A stretch of 64,000 nucleotides of DNA from an uncultured cyanobacterium (GTDB lineage Bacteria > Cyanobacteriota > Cyanobacteriia > PCC-6307 > Cyanobiaceae): contig CAVONQ010000018.1 of assembly GCA_963697335.1 (NCBI GenBank), positions 1 through 64,000 on the forward strand. Reading direction: 5' to 3'. Both the position numbers and the translations under genes were made by a program. The number at the start of each line of letters is the position of its first letter. Positions within the stretch are counted from its first letter, which is position 1. Of the stretch, positions 10,037 through 20,278 are shown one piece after another. A model generated the notes under the pieces. It had not been told where the DNA came from. It ran no database searches and worked only from the letters and a program-made list of their open reading frames with translations.

Positions 10037-11692
10037 TCACTCCCACTCGATCGTGCCGGGGGGCTTGCTGGTGATGTCGAGCACCACGCGGTTCACGCCC
10101 TTCACCTCATTGACGATCCGGTTGGAGATCGTTTCCAGCAGGTCGTAGGGCAGGCGCGACCAGTCGGCCGTCATGCCGTCTTCTGAGGACACACAGCGCA
10201 GCACCACCGGGAAGGCATAGGTGCGCTTGTCACCCATCACGCCCACACTGCGCACCGGCAGCAACACCGCAAACGCCTGCCAGATGCTGTGGTAGAGGCC
10301 GGCATTACTGATTTCCTCACGCACGATTAGATCGGCATCGCGAAGAATGTTGAGCTTGTCGTCGGTGACCTCGCCGAGGATGCGGATCGCCAGACCAGGC
10401 CCGGGGAAGGGATGGCGGCCGACAATCTCCTGCGGCAGGCCCAGGGAACGCCCCACCTTGCGCACCTCATCCTTGAACAGCTTGCGCAGGGGCTCCACCA
10501 GCTTGAACTGCAGATCCTTGGGCAGGCCGCCCACGTTGTGGTGGCTCTTGATCTTCACCGCCACCCGCTCGCCCGTCTTGGGATCCACGTTGGTGCCGGC
10601 GCTCTCGATCACATCGGGATAGAGGGTGCCCTGGGCCAGGTAGTCGAAGGGGCCGAGGCGCTTGCTCTCCTCCTCGAACACCCGGATGAACTCCGTGCCA
10701 ATCAGCTTGCGCTTCTCCTCCGGGTCGGTCACGCCGGAGAGCTTGCTGATGAAGCGCTCGCGGGCATTGATGTACTCCACATTGATGTGGAAGCGCTTGT
10801 CGAAGAACTCCACCAGGAATTCGGGCTCCCCTTTGCGCATGAAGCCCTGGTCGATGAACATGCAGGTGAGCTGATCACCGATCGCCCTGTGCAGCAGGAA
10901 GGCCAGGGTGGAGGAGTCGACGCCACCGGAGAGGGCGAGCAGCACCCGCTTCTGACCCACCTGGCGGCGGACATCATCGACGGCTTCCTCGATGAAGGCG
11001 GCGGTGGTCCAGTCGGCCTCGCAACCACAGATCCGATACACGAAATTGCGGATCAGCTCCATGCCGCCGGTGGAGTGCACCACCTCGGGGTGAAATTGCA
11101 CGCCGTAGAGATGGCGGCCGGAATGGGCAATCGCCGCCTCCGGGGTGTTGTCGGTGTGGGCCAGCCGCACAAAGCCCTCGGGCAGGCGTTCCACCGAATC
11201 ACCGTGGCTCATCCACATCGTGGAACTCTGTTCCACACCGGTGAGCAGATCCACCGGGTCATCCACATGCAGGGGCGCCTTGCCGTATTCGGCCCGCCCG
11301 GCCGCCACCACCGATCCGCCCAGCTGCTGCACCATCAGCTGCATGCCGTAACACACCCCCAGCACCGGGATGCCGAGGTTCCAGAGCTCCGGATCACACA
11401 CCGGCGCCCCGGGCTCGTACACCGAGCTGGGCCCGCCGCTGAGAATGATCCCCTTGGGAGCGATCGCCCGCAGCTCCTGCACGCTGGTGGTGTAGCTCAA
11501 CACCAGGGAGAACACCTCGGTTTCGCGCACGCGCCGGGCAATCAGCTCCGAATACTGGGAGCCGAAATCGAGGATGACGATGGCCGGCGCCCGGCTGGAC
11601 TGGGACGTCTCGTCGAAGGGAGTAGCGGCCTGGGCCTTGCCCTCGAGGATGGACGTCGCGTCCCTTGGGGTCATCTGGGGAGCGGCGGACAT
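10037..11692 (-). CDS. guaA: GMP synthase (glutamine-hydrolysing)
   Basis: [36 protein letters not shown] and KPPGTIEWE; start approximate. Confidence 0.97.
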   Translation of the reverse strand: MSAAPQMTPRDATSILEGKAQAATPFDETSQSSRAPAIVILDFGSQYSELIARRVRETEVFSLVLSYTTSVQELRAIAPKGIILSGGPSSVYEPGAPVCDPELWNLGIPVLGVCYGMQLMVQQLGGSVVAAGRAEYGKAPLHVDDPVDLLTGVEQSSTMWMSHGDSVERLPEGFVRLAHTDNTPEAAIAHSGRHLYGVQFHPEVVHSTGGMELIRNFVYRICGCEADWTTAAFIEEAVDDVRRQVGQKRVLLALSGGVDSSTLAFLLHRAIGDQLTCMFIDQGFMRKGEPEFLVEFFDKRFHINVEYINARERFISKLSGVTDPEEKRKLIGTEFIRVFEEESKRLGPFDYLAQGTLYPDVIESAGTNVDPKTGERVAVKIKSHHNVGGLPKDLQFKLVEPLRKLFKDEVRKVGRSLGLPQEIVGRHPFPGPGLAIRILGEVTDDKLNILRDADLIVREEISNAGLYHSIWQAFAVLLPVRSVGVMGDKRTYAFPVVLRCVSSEDGMTADWSRLPYDLLETISNRIVNEVKGVNRVVLDITSKPPGTIEWE

Positions 11693-11725
11693 CGGCAGCA
11701 CGGAACCCCGGAGACTCGGCCCAGC

Positions 11726-12889
11726 CTAGGCGGAGCCCCATCCCTGCAGTTCGGCCAGCAGGGGGGCACCGAGGGGGCCCTGGGCACAGAGCTGGCGGCT
11801 GCGGTCGAACAGCACCGCACCCACCGCCATGGCCCGGTGGCCGTAGCGGGCCAGGTAGGCGCGGCTGCGCTCCTCGATCGCCGCCGCCATGCGGGCGCGC
11901 AGCCTCCCTGCCAGGTCGGGGTGCGTGGTCTGGAGATCTGAGAGGGCCTGCTCCACGGTGGCCGCCTGATGCAGCCTGGCCAGCTGGGGGCCCGCCAGGC
12001 CCTCCAAGGCCGCCAGGGCGGTGAGCACCTCGCTGCGGCCATCGGCCAGGTGGTGATGGGTGTGAAAGATGCCGCCGGCCAGCTTGATCAACTTGCCCTG
12101 GTAGCCAAACAGCAGCAGCTGGTTCACGCCCGCCTCGGCCGCCGCCACCAGCAGGGGCCCCAGCCAGTTGCCGGCCTTGAGCAGCAGCTGGGGGGGAAGT
12201 CCGAGGCGGGGGGCCAGATCGAGGCCGTTCTCGCCAATCACCAGCACCAGCGCCCCGGCGAAGCCAGGGGAGGCCACCTGGCGGCGCAGTTGCTCCAGGG
12301 CCAGCTGCAGCTGGTCGGGGGCCGCGCTGCGCTGCACCAGGGCCTGGGTGCCGATCAGGGCCAGGCCATCCACCACCCCAAAGGCGGCATTGCTGGTGCG
12401 CTCGGCCAGGCGGCGACCCGCCGGGATCACCAGGTGCAGCTCCAGGCGCCGTTCTGGCGGGAGCAGCGGCTGCAGGGTGCGGTGCAGCAGGTCACGGGCA
12501 TAGGCCGAGAGGCAGGGAGCTCCGGAGCGGGCGATCACCCCCACGCCCTCACCCGCCACCAGCTCCAGCCAATCCCCGGGGCCCTCCAGCCACCGGGCCT
12601 GGGCCCACACCGGCTGAGCCCGGGTGAGATCCAGCACCTCAGGACCGGGATCAGCCCTGGCCACCGCCAGCACCCAGCCATCGGCCAGGGGCGCCGCGGC
12701 CTCCACCGGCACCGGCTGCACGGGAGCGCCAGGCTCCAGCTCCAGGGGCTGCTCAGGGCAGAAGGGCTCCCCCAGCAGCACCTGCACGGCGGCACGGGCC
12801 GCGGCGGCGAGCCACACCGGCAGGATCAGGCCGGGTCCAGGGGTGGCGGGCTCAGCCGTGTCGAGTTCAGGGGTGGCGAGGGAATCCAT
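11726..12889 (-). CDS. cbiD: Cobalt-precorrin-5B C1-methyltransferase
   Basis: LAERTSNAAFGVVDGLALIGT and GKLIKLAGGIFHTHHHLADGR. Confidence 0.9.
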   Translation of the reverse strand: MDSLATPELDTAEPATPGPGLILPVWLAAAARAAVQVLLGEPFCPEQPLELEPGAPVQPVPVEAAAPLADGWVLAVARADPGPEVLDLTRAQPVWAQARWLEGPGDWLELVAGEGVGVIARSGAPCLSAYARDLLHRTLQPLLPPERRLELHLVIPAGRRLAERTSNAAFGVVDGLALIGTQALVQRSAAPDQLQLALEQLRRQVASPGFAGALVLVIGENGLDLAPRLGLPPQLLLKAGNWLGPLLVAAAEAGVNQLLLFGYQGKLIKLAGGIFHTHHHLADGRSEVLTALAALEGLAGPQLARLHQAATVEQALSDLQTTHPDLAGRLRARMAAAIEERSRAYLARYGHRAMAVGAVLFDRSRQLCAQGPLGAPLLAELQGWGSA

Positions 12890-13010
12890 CGAACGGGCAG
12901 CGAATGGGAGGGGGTCGCGGTGGCCCGGGGCTGGGCCCCTCTCGTCGGTTTTTTACATTGGTGGATTGCGCCGCCCCGCGGCCGCGCCACTCCTCTGCTC
13001 CGCAGCACCC

Positions 13011-14162
13011 ATGCAGGACAAGCTCAGCCTGATGATCCCCGGCCCCACACCGGTGCCGGAGACCGTGCTGCTGGCCATGAGCCGCCATCCGATCGGCCAC
13101 CGCAGCGCCGACTTTCAGAAGATCGTCAAGCGCACCACCGAGCAGCTGCAGTGGCTGCACCAGACCAGCGGCAGCGTGCTGGCCCTGACAGGCAGCGGCA
13201 CGGCCGCCATGGAGGCGGGGATCATCAACGTGCTCAGCAAGGGCGACACCGTGCTCTGCGGTGACAACGGCAAGTTCGGCGAGCGCTGGGTCAAGGTGGC
13301 GAAGGCCTACGGGCTCGAGGTGGAGGTGGTCAAGGCCGAATGGGGCCAGCCGCTGGATCCGGAGGCCTTCCGCGCCGTTCTGGAGGCCGACACCGCCAAG
13401 CGCATCCGGGCCGTGATCCTCACCCACTCAGAAACCTCCACCGGGGTGATCAACGACCTGGAGACCATCGCCGGCCACGTGCGCGCCCACGGCACGGCGC
13501 TTACCATTGCCGATTGCGTCACCAGCCTCGGCGCCTGCGATGTGCCCATGGACCGCTGGGGCCTCGATGTGGTGGGCTCGGGCTCCCAGAAGGGCTACAT
13601 GATGCCGCCGGGCCTGGGCTTCGTGGCCATGAGCGAGCGGGCCTGGACTGCCTACGAGCGCTCGGACCTGCCGAAGTTCTATCTGGACCTGGGCAAATAC
13701 CGAAAATCGGCCGCCGCAGACAGCAATCCCTTCACCCCGCCGGTGAACCTCTACTTCGCCCTGGAGGCCGCCCTGGGGATGATGCAGCAGGAGGGCCTGG
13801 AGGCGGTCTTCGCCCGCCATGCCCGCCACCGCAGCGCGACCCAGGCCGGCATGAAGGGGATGGGGCTGCGGCTCTATGCCGCCGAGGGCCATGGCAGTCC
13901 GGCGATCACGGCCGTGGCTCCCGAGGGCGTCGATGCCGAGGTGCTGCGCAAGGCCGTGAAGGAGCGCTTCGACATCCTGCTGGCCGGCGGTCAGGACCAC
14001 CTCAAGGGCCAGGTGTTCCGGATCGGCCACCTCGGCTTTGTGGCCGACCGCGACGTGCTCACCGCCGTCGCAGCGATCGAGGCCACCCTGCAGGGCCTCG
14101 GCCTGCACCGGGGCACGGTGGGCGCTGGCGTGGCGGCCTGCGCGGCGGCCCTGGCCGGCTGA
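13011..14162 (+). CDS. Class V PLP aminotransferase (serine-glyoxylate / soluble hydrogenase 42 kDa subunit family)
   Basis: MIPGPTPVP, HSETSTGVIN, GSQKGYMMPPGL and FRIGHLG. Confidence 0.9.
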   Translation: MQDKLSLMIPGPTPVPETVLLAMSRHPIGHRSADFQKIVKRTTEQLQWLHQTSGSVLALTGSGTAAMEAGIINVLSKGDTVLCGDNGKFGERWVKVAKAYGLEVEVVKAEWGQPLDPEAFRAVLEADTAKRIRAVILTHSETSTGVINDLETIAGHVRAHGTALTIADCVTSLGACDVPMDRWGLDVVGSGSQKGYMMPPGLGFVAMSERAWTAYERSDLPKFYLDLGKYRKSAAADSNPFTPPVNLYFALEAALGMMQQEGLEAVFARHARHRSATQAGMKGMGLRLYAAEGHGSPAITAVAPEGVDAEVLRKAVKERFDILLAGGQDHLKGQVFRIGHLGFVADRDVLTAVAAIEATLQGLGLHRGTVGAGVAACAAALAG

Positions 14163-14269
14163 CCCACCAAGGCGGCAGCAGAGGCTGGCAAGGGAACACC
14201 ATGACCCTTGCTAGTCTCACGAAGGCAACAACGCAGGCAGCACCAGGACACCTGAGTTGGCTACACCTT

Positions 14270-14341
14270 GCGGGTGTAATTCAGTGGTAGAATGTCAGCT
14301 TCCCAAGCTGAACGTCGCCGGTTCGAGTCCGGTCACCCGCT
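14270..14341 (+). tRNA. tRNA-Gly (CCC)
   Basis: Acceptor stem GCGGGTG/CACCCGC, D-loop AGTGGTA, anticodon arm TCAGC-TTCCCAA-GCTGA, T-loop GGTTCGAGTCC; no encoded CCA. Confidence 0.97.
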
Positions 14342-14467
14342 TTTAGTCCAGGGTTGAGAAGTCCAACGAAACCCCAGCCTGGCAACGGCTTGAGTGTTCC
14401 CAGCGGCTGACCGCTTCTGGCAGGCCATCTCAGGCTGCAGGGCCAAGCTTCTCACGGACCTTCCCAC

Positions 14468-14839
14468 ATGGCTGAGGCAGCCCCCTGGGAGATCGCCATG
14501 CGGCTTGAGACGGCTCATGCCTTGTCACGCAAGGGATGCCCGAGGGGCTGTGTCTTGACGGAGCAGCGAGGTCTCGCCAGATTAAACATCACCGCCTGAG
14601 CAGGAGACGGCAAGCGATGCCAGAGACAACTTCCGCTTCCCTGGCACCTCGACAACGCCAAGAAGATTGGCGAAGCCATTGATAAGATGTACGACTATTT
14701 CAGCAGTGAGATAGAGCCAGAACTGGCAGGAAAGAAGATCACTTATTCTTCGCCAGATGAATCATGCGGCAGATTAGCTACTAACCAAAAGGCCATTCTT
14801 GAGCGGCAGACAGACTGGAATGCCCTGATTGAGCGCTAG
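14468..14839 (+). pseudogene. Truncated, nonsense-interrupted ORF; probable N-terminus of a tRNA-targeting integrase
   Basis: One 124-codon frame with an internal TGA at 14597-14599: MAEAAPWEIAMR...EQRGLARLNITA*AGDGKRCQRQLPLPWHLDN...TDWNALIER*. Lower GC; starts ~125 nt after the tRNA. Integrase identity is recalled resemblance only. Confidence 0.45.
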
Positions 14840-15105
14840 GAACTGGACGCCAGGTGCCGCTGCAGGGTTTTCGCTAGCTGCCGATCAGCAAGGGCCAGGT
14901 GCTGGCGGTTGGCGACCGTAAGAGCGATGGCCTCCACCGGGATCCCTTTGATCGACCGCTGGTGTGCCAGCTGCAGCGCTATGGCATCACGGTGATCGTG
15001 ATCTGAGTCTGCCGCTGGTGGTGACAGGGACGGGGCTTGGGCCAGCAGGGTCTGGGATGCCCTGGGGTGGCCCTGATGCAGGGCGCCCCGAACCTGTCTG
15101 CGCAT
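14836..15105 (-). CDS. Hypothetical protein (uncertain)
   Basis: Open frame MRRQVRG...LQRHLASSS; no motif recognised. Confidence 0.3.
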   Translation of the reverse strand: MRRQVRGALHQGHPRASQTLLAQAPSLSPPAADSDHDHRDAIALQLAHQRSIKGIPVEAIALTVANRQHLALADRQLAKTLQRHLASSS

Positions 15106-15167
15106 GCAATTGAGCAGCCTGGATTCCCCGGTCGGCAGAACTTCGCTGAGCTGAGGACTCCCCTCCC

Positions 15168-15437
15168 TCAACCCCGCGGCTTGATCAGCTGCAGCACCTG
15201 GGGACCGGTGTTGGCCAGGCGACGCTCTGATTTCAGCAGTTCGAGAATCAGGCGCGCCGATTCGTCCACCTGGCCCGCGGCGGCCGCCTGCCGCGCAGCG
15301 GCGTCGAGCTGGCTGATCTGGGCCTGAATGTTGGCGACGGGCTGAGGCTTGGTGGGAACGCGCCTTGATTGGGGAAGCCCTTGGGAGAGGGAAGAGCGTG
15401 GTCTGGCGTGGATGTCGGGGAGGAGGGTGACTGTCAT
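15168..15437 (-). CDS. Conserved hypothetical protein
   Basis: MTVTLLPD...SARLILELLKSERRLANTGPQVLQLIKPRG; helical C-terminus resembling small picocyanobacterial proteins. Confidence 0.6.
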   Translation of the reverse strand: MTVTLLPDIHARPRSSLSQGLPQSRRVPTKPQPVANIQAQISQLDAAARQAAAAGQVDESARLILELLKSERRLANTGPQVLQLIKPRG

Positions 15438-15764
15438 GGAATGACGGAGTACGGGCCGAAACGGGCTGGGTGGGCGCAGAGAGAGTTCGTACGCCGCCGT
15501 CAACAGCGGCTACGCAGGGGCAACTCTGCGCAAAACCAATGGACTGGCGGAAACGAATGGAAGGCGAACGGCTTGCAATGGCGGCAGTACCGCCGAGGGG
15601 AAAACATGGGACTGGTCGCTAGGCAGACAACGCTCCATGGCTGCATGAACCAACTCAGAAGTCTTGGCATTGCAGAGCCTTGACACCCGTTAGTGGCGCA
15701 AGCATAGCATCGATGGCTATTCCAATAGCAACGATTTGCCGCTTTGGAGCAAATCAGCAGTCGC

Positions 15765-16022
15765 TCAGGTGCCCGGCTCCACTCCATCGGCTCCAAGGGC
15801 CGAGATCTGGCCACGCAGGCTCTCGCAACGCTCAGCGTCGCCCCGGCTCACCGCGACGGCGAGGGCAAATTCGAGCTTTTCGCGCTGGTGATCAGCCTCG
15901 CTGATCACCACCCTTGGAAAGCCTGCGCCGCAGCGGGCTGCGCTACTCGGCACGGCCTGGCTGCTGGAGTGGGCGGACTGGGCGTGAGAAGGGGTGGAGT
16001 GAGAGGACGCGGGGTAAGCCAT
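15765..16022 (-). CDS. Conserved hypothetical protein
   Basis: ISEADHQREKLEFALAVAVSRGD...EPGT; purine-rich leader before the ATG. Confidence 0.6.
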   Translation of the reverse strand: MAYPASSHSTPSHAQSAHSSSQAVPSSAARCGAGFPRVVISEADHQREKLEFALAVAVSRGDAERCESLRGQISALGADGVEPGT

Positions 16023-16076
16023 GTTTCACTTTCTTTCCATTCTGCCACCGCTGACCAGTCAGTGCTTCTGCTGCCT

Positions 16077-16436
16077 TCAGGCCGCCTGGTCGTAGGGCTC
16101 AGCCGCCGAGTCGTAGGACTCCGCTGGGCCTTGGCCCTCCATGGGGCTGAAGGAGGTCTGGGGTGCCGTGTCCACCACTGGCTGGCCGTGACCGACCGGC
16201 TCAGCCTCGAGATCCAGCAGACAGCGGCAGTCATGCAACAGCCGCTCGACGTTGTCGAGGCTCGACATTTCCTGAAGATCGGGTTCAGCTTCCTGTTCCT
16301 GGCGGCTGTCAAGTTGCAGCGCCATGGCCTGAACATGCTGTTCAAGGGTGATCAGACGCCGAGACAGGGCATGAATCGTCTGGGCCAGGTCTTCAGCGTT
16401 GCGGGTGATTCGAAAGGAAACCGACTCGGGGGCCAT
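16077..16436 (-). CDS. Conserved hypothetical coiled-coil protein
   Basis: MAPESVSFRITRNAEDLAQTIHALSRRLITLEQ...; acidic tail. Confidence 0.65.
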   Translation of the reverse strand: MAPESVSFRITRNAEDLAQTIHALSRRLITLEQHVQAMALQLDSRQEQEAEPDLQEMSSLDNVERLLHDCRCLLDLEAEPVGHGQPVVDTAPQTSFSPMEGQGPAESYDSAAEPYDQAA

Positions 16437-16502
16437 GGCATCAGGCACGGTGGAGCCGATCACAACACACTTCGGGCGCGCAGCCAAGGTCAGACTGGGG
16501 CC

Positions 16503-17018
16503 ATGAGCCACCCCTGGAACCTGGTTGTGTATGCCTGCGCCGGACTGGCGGGAGGCCTGCTGGCCCTGCGCACCGGCATTCCGGCGGCCCCCCTGGCCGG
16601 CGCCCTTCTGGCAGCGGCTCTGGTGAGCATCGCCGGGCAGCTCGAACCGGCCCAGTGGCCCGGCGGCACCCGCACCCTGCTGGAGATCGGCATCGGCACG
16701 GTGATCGGCACCGCCTTGAACAGTGCCGTGCTGCAGCAACTGCAGCAGCTGTGGCGGCCGGCCCTGGTGATCACTTTCACCCTGGTGCTCACCGGGCTGG
16801 CGGTGGCCCTGGCCTGCAGCCGTCTGTTCGGGGTGGACCCCACCATCGCCCTGCTGGGCGCCGCCCCGGGCGGCATCAGCGGCATGAGCCTGCTGGGGGC
16901 CGAGTTCGGGGTGGGCGCGGCCGTGGCGGCCCTGCATGCCGTGCGGCTGATCACGGTGCTGCTGGTGCTGCCCCTGGTGCTGAAGCTGGTGCTGCCCCAG
17001 GGCACGGGATCTCCCTGA
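16503..17018 (+). CDS. AbrB-family membrane protein (putative ammonia monooxygenase-like family)
   Basis: GIPAAPLAGALL, IGIGTVIG, LLGAAPGGISGMSL and LHAVRL; multiple TM helices. Confidence 0.8.
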   Translation: MSHPWNLVVYACAGLAGGLLALRTGIPAAPLAGALLAAALVSIAGQLEPAQWPGGTRTLLEIGIGTVIGTALNSAVLQQLQQLWRPALVITFTLVLTGLAVALACSRLFGVDPTIALLGAAPGGISGMSLLGAEFGVGAAVAALHAVRLITVLLVLPLVLKLVLPQGTGSP

Positions 17019-17087
17019 ACAGCCAGCCACCCTCGACGCTGGCCGTCTCAATCGATACCTTGAGCCCTGCTTACCGGATCTGATCCC

Positions 17088-17519
17088 ATGGCCCTGCGCC
17101 AGACGTTCACCCTGTTCGCGCGGCGGCGGCCCCGGTTGCTGGCTGCCCTGGCCGTGGCCGTCGGCCTGGGCCAGGGACTGCCCGCCTTCGCCCAGGCGGC
17201 TGAGACGGGTGTGGTGCTGGAAGGGGCCGGACCCAGGGGCGCCCAGATCTACTGCTTCATGCGCGGCAGCGGCAACAGCCACCAGGTGAGCTGGGACGCG
17301 GCCTATGCGGTGATCAAGCGCCAGAGCGATCAGCTGTTCAAGACCTCCCCGGAGCACGCAGCGGTGATGATCACAGAGGCCGTGGTGCAGTACTCCGGCT
17401 CCTTCCCTGACTGCGGCCGCTATCTCGGTGATCTGTTCAGCAAGCCCGAACCCGCGGCGGTCGCCCCTACCCCTATCCCGGTGTCCGGAGCCACCCGCAG
17501 CGAGCGCTTCGGTTACTGA
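17088..17519 (+). CDS. Conserved secreted hypothetical protein
   Basis: Signal peptide; GAQIYCFMR...SWDAAYAVIKRQ...FPDCGRYLGDLF. Confidence 0.7.
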   Translation: MALRQTFTLFARRRPRLLAALAVAVGLGQGLPAFAQAAETGVVLEGAGPRGAQIYCFMRGSGNSHQVSWDAAYAVIKRQSDQLFKTSPEHAAVMITEAVVQYSGSFPDCGRYLGDLFSKPEPAAVAPTPIPVSGATRSERFGY

Positions 17520-17898
17520 CACTGCGCCCCGCCGGCGCCCTCCCCTGGCGCTCCTCGCCGTGCTGCTGCTGGCAACCGCCGGCTGCGCCGAGCAACCCCT
17601 GCCCCAGCAGGCGATCCGACGTGACGACTGCCTGCGCAACGTGCGCCTGAAGCAGCTCGAGCAGCAGATCAGTCGCTGCGATGCGGTGGTGGCCGCCTTC
17701 CCGAACGATCCCCACCCCCGCAACGACCGCTACCTGCTGCGCAGCCTGGCGGGCCAGGACGCTGAGGCCTGTGCTGACCTGAGGGAGGCGGTGAAGCTCG
17801 CGGAACGGCAGCCAGCCGAGGACCTCGATCCCCAGCTGCGCAGTGATCTCAAGGTGCGACAGCAGCTCTGCAGCCAGCCCGTCAGCCCCGCCCCCTGA
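17512..17898 (+). CDS. Putative lipoprotein with TPR-like helix (start uncertain)
   Basis: Lipobox-like LATAGC; PRNDRYLL...ACADLREA. Confidence 0.55.
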   Translation, partial: VTDTAPRRRPPLALLAVLLLATAGCAEQPLPQQAIRRDDCLRNVRLKQLEQQISRCDAVVAAFPNDPHPRNDRYLLRSLAGQDAEACADLREAVKLAERQPAEDLDPQLRSDLKVRQQLCSQPVSPAP

Positions 17899-17900
17899 AC

Positions 17901-19487
17901 TCACCAGTTCTGCATCAGGTCCCGCACCATCGCGGCCAGGTCGCGGCGGCGCAGCTCCTGCTGGCCGCGGCCCAGCAGCAGGGCGATGCGCTCGGCCTTG
18001 CTGGCAATCAACCCATCCACCAGCTGGTCGGCCACGCCCAGCTGCAGCCAGTGGCAGAGCAGGCAGCCCGCCATGCCGATGCGGTGGCAGCGATCCTCGG
18101 CCTGCTCCGCATCCCCGGGAGTCCAGGGACGCTCGATCAGCACCACATGGCGGGCTCTGTGCAGCGTGAAACCCAGCCCGCCGGTGCCGTAGGTGGCGAT
18201 CAGCAGCGGGCTGCGGCCCTCCTGAAAGTGATCCACCAGCTGCTGGCGCTGGCGCGGCTCGAGGGCACCGGTGAGCAGCGCCCCGCCCAGCTCCGCCTGC
18301 AGCAGGCTGGCGGTGGTGCGGAAGGCCGTGAACACCACCACGGCCTCGCCCCCGGCCAGTTGCCGCTGCACCAGCTCCCTGGCCGCCGCCAGTTTGTAGT
18401 GGGAGGCGATCTGGCGCAGGGCCGTGAACACGGCGAGCACTTCGGCGTCACGCCGCACCTCCCCCCGGGCGGCGCGGCGGCGGTAGGCGTCCACCCGGCG
18501 CTGCAGCCGTTGATCGAAGCCCTCGGCCTGGGCCGGGTCGAGCTGCACGGGGATCAGGGCGCGCTGCTTGGGCGGCAGGTCGAGGCAGTCCTGCTTGCGG
18601 CGGTGCAGCACCAGGGGCCGGGTGAGGCGCTGCAGCTCGACGAGGTTGGTGGCGCCGCTGGCCTGCCACACCCGCCGCCCGCCCTGGTCGCGCCAGTGCC
18701 CCTGACAGAAGAGCTCCTCGTAGGCCCGTTGATGCCGGGCCAGGGGGTGGCCGATCGCCGCCAGCAGGGGAAACAGCTGGGCCGGACGCCCGTTCTTCAT
18801 CGGCGTGCCGGTGAGCAGCCAGATCGCCCGCAGCCGGGGGTGGCGGGCCAGCCGCAACAGGGCCTTGCAGCGGGCCGTGTGGGCGTTCTGGGCGAAGTGG
18901 GCCTCGTCGGCGATCAGCACCGTGCCGGCCGCAGGCAGCTCCATGGGCAACCGCGCCCAGCTGTGCAGTTCCAGCCGCAGGCCCAGGGCCAGGGCTTCGG
19001 CGCGCCAGTGGTCATGGAGGCCCACCGGGGCCACCACCAGGAGGCGGCAGTCCGCCAGGCGCACCATGGCCCGGGCCGCCGCCAGGGCCGAGAGGGTCTT
19101 GCCCAGGCCCATGGCATCCGCCAGCACCGCGCCGCGCCGCGCCAGCAACCACCGCCCGGCGGCCCGCTGGTGGGCCAGCAGCCGGCGGCCATCCTCCAGG
19201 GGCTGGTCCAGGGCGGCGGCCCGCACCAGCTGCCGGTGGGGCGGCAGCGGCGGCAGGGGCTGCTGTAGCCAGGCCAGCCACGTGGCCAGCTGCGGCTCCA
19301 CCGGGAAGCGACCGGCCAGGGCCTGCTGCAGCGCCGCGGCAGCCTCCTGCGGAAACTCCCAGCAGCCCCGCCGCGCCAGCCACTCCCCCCGGGGCCGGAT
19401 GGCCCGCAGCTGGGCACTGGTGACCGCATCGAAGGGGCTGACCACCTCGATCAATCCGGTGGCACCCAGCCGCAACAGGCAGCGCAT
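17901..19487 (-). CDS. SNF2-family helicase/translocase, SMARCAL1/HARP-like
   Basis: [10 protein letters not shown] (Walker A), [20 protein letters not shown] and [18 protein letters not shown]; alternative GTG start at 19511. Confidence 0.88.
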   Translation of the reverse strand: MRCLLRLGATGLIEVVSPFDAVTSAQLRAIRPRGEWLARRGCWEFPQEAAAALQQALAGRFPVEPQLATWLAWLQQPLPPLPPHRQLVRAAALDQPLEDGRRLLAHQRAAGRWLLARRGAVLADAMGLGKTLSALAAARAMVRLADCRLLVVAPVGLHDHWRAEALALGLRLELHSWARLPMELPAAGTVLIADEAHFAQNAHTARCKALLRLARHPRLRAIWLLTGTPMKNGRPAQLFPLLAAIGHPLARHQRAYEELFCQGHWRDQGGRRVWQASGATNLVELQRLTRPLVLHRRKQDCLDLPPKQRALIPVQLDPAQAEGFDQRLQRRVDAYRRRAARGEVRRDAEVLAVFTALRQIASHYKLAAARELVQRQLAGGEAVVVFTAFRTTASLLQAELGGALLTGALEPRQRQQLVDHFQEGRSPLLIATYGTGGLGFTLHRARHVVLIERPWTPGDAEQAEDRCHRIGMAGCLLCHWLQLGVADQLVDGLIASKAERIALLLGRGQQELRRRDLAAMVRDLMQNW

Positions 19488-19562
19488 GCGCGGAATGGCA
19501 GTCCTCGACACATTGCCACCCTGGACACTGCCTGCAAACTCCCCTGCAACCGAGCCAAGCGC

Positions 19563-20096
19563 ATGCAGGCCAGGGACTGGGCGGCAGGGAACGCAGGAGG
19601 CAGCAATGCCGTGTTTCTCGAAGAGCTCTGTCCCAAACTGCGCGCCCGGCGCTGGCGCCAATCCCTGCACCAGCACACCAACCGACGCTGCATCTACTGC
19701 GGCTGCCGCTCGGAATCCATCGACCACGTGCTGCCCAAGAGCCGGGGCGGACCGAGCGTGAACGAGAACTGCGTGCCGGCCTGCCTGGGCTGCAATGGCC
19801 GCAAGGGCGACAGTGAGGTGTTCAGCTGGTACCGCCAACAGCCCTTCTACGATCCGCGCCGCGCCATGGCGATCCGGGCCTGGACCCAGGGCGAGATGGC
19901 CCTGGCCACCCGCCTGTTGGCCTGGACTGCCTCACCTGCCGCATCTGCCGCCAGCGCTCCGGCAACGCCTGTGGAGGCGACGGGGCCAGCCGCTGCGGAG
20001 GCCAGCTCCCTGACCAGCGATGAAGCTGCAGCCGGAGATCCTCACCAGACCCGGCAGGCCGCTGCGCCGTTGTGGCGCTGGCAGATGGCGGCCTGA
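19563..20096 (+). CDS. HNH endonuclease
   Basis: CIYCG...[12 protein letters not shown]...[14 protein letters not shown] (Zn-binding HNH); low-complexity Ala-rich tail. Confidence 0.88.
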   Translation: MQARDWAAGNAGGSNAVFLEELCPKLRARRWRQSLHQHTNRRCIYCGCRSESIDHVLPKSRGGPSVNENCVPACLGCNGRKGDSEVFSWYRQQPFYDPRRAMAIRAWTQGEMALATRLLAWTASPAASAASAPATPVEATGPAAAEASSLTSDEAAAGDPHQTRQAAAPLWRWQMAA

Positions 20097-20263
20097 TCCT
20101 GGGGGGCCTCCGGGGCCAGCACCGCAGCCAGCAGCAGCATCCCTGCCGCCAACAGAGCTGGCAGGGGCCAGGAGCGTGCCCGAAACTGCAGGGGGCTCGT
20201 TGCAGCGCGCTGCAGCGGAGGAGACCAGGACCAGCTGGCCCGAGCAGGAGAGGACACCACCAT
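20042..20263 (-). CDS. Small membrane/secreted hypothetical protein (73 aa)
   Basis: Hydrophobic [18 protein letters not shown] followed by [17 protein letters not shown]; its 3' end overlaps the 3' end of the HNH gene. Confidence 0.6.
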   Translation of the reverse strand: MVVSSPARASWSWSPPLQRAATSPLQFRARSWPLPALLAAGMLLLAAVLAPEAPQDQAAICQRHNGAAACRVW

Positions 20264-20278
20264 GGGAAGCATCGAGAG

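Noticed and set aside
12890..13010. Cobalamin riboswitch upstream of cbiD (and TPP riboswitch before thiG or thiL)
   Set aside because: Gaps are short and no conserved B12-box or TPP core is visible.
14555..14660. TTGACG-17nt-CAGATT promoter-like pair, small GGCA-AGCGA-TGCC hairpin and boxA-like GCACCTCGACAAC suggesting an ncRNA
   Set aside because: The same bases lie inside the 124-codon broken reading frame, which explains the region more simply. An Rfam scan would settle it.
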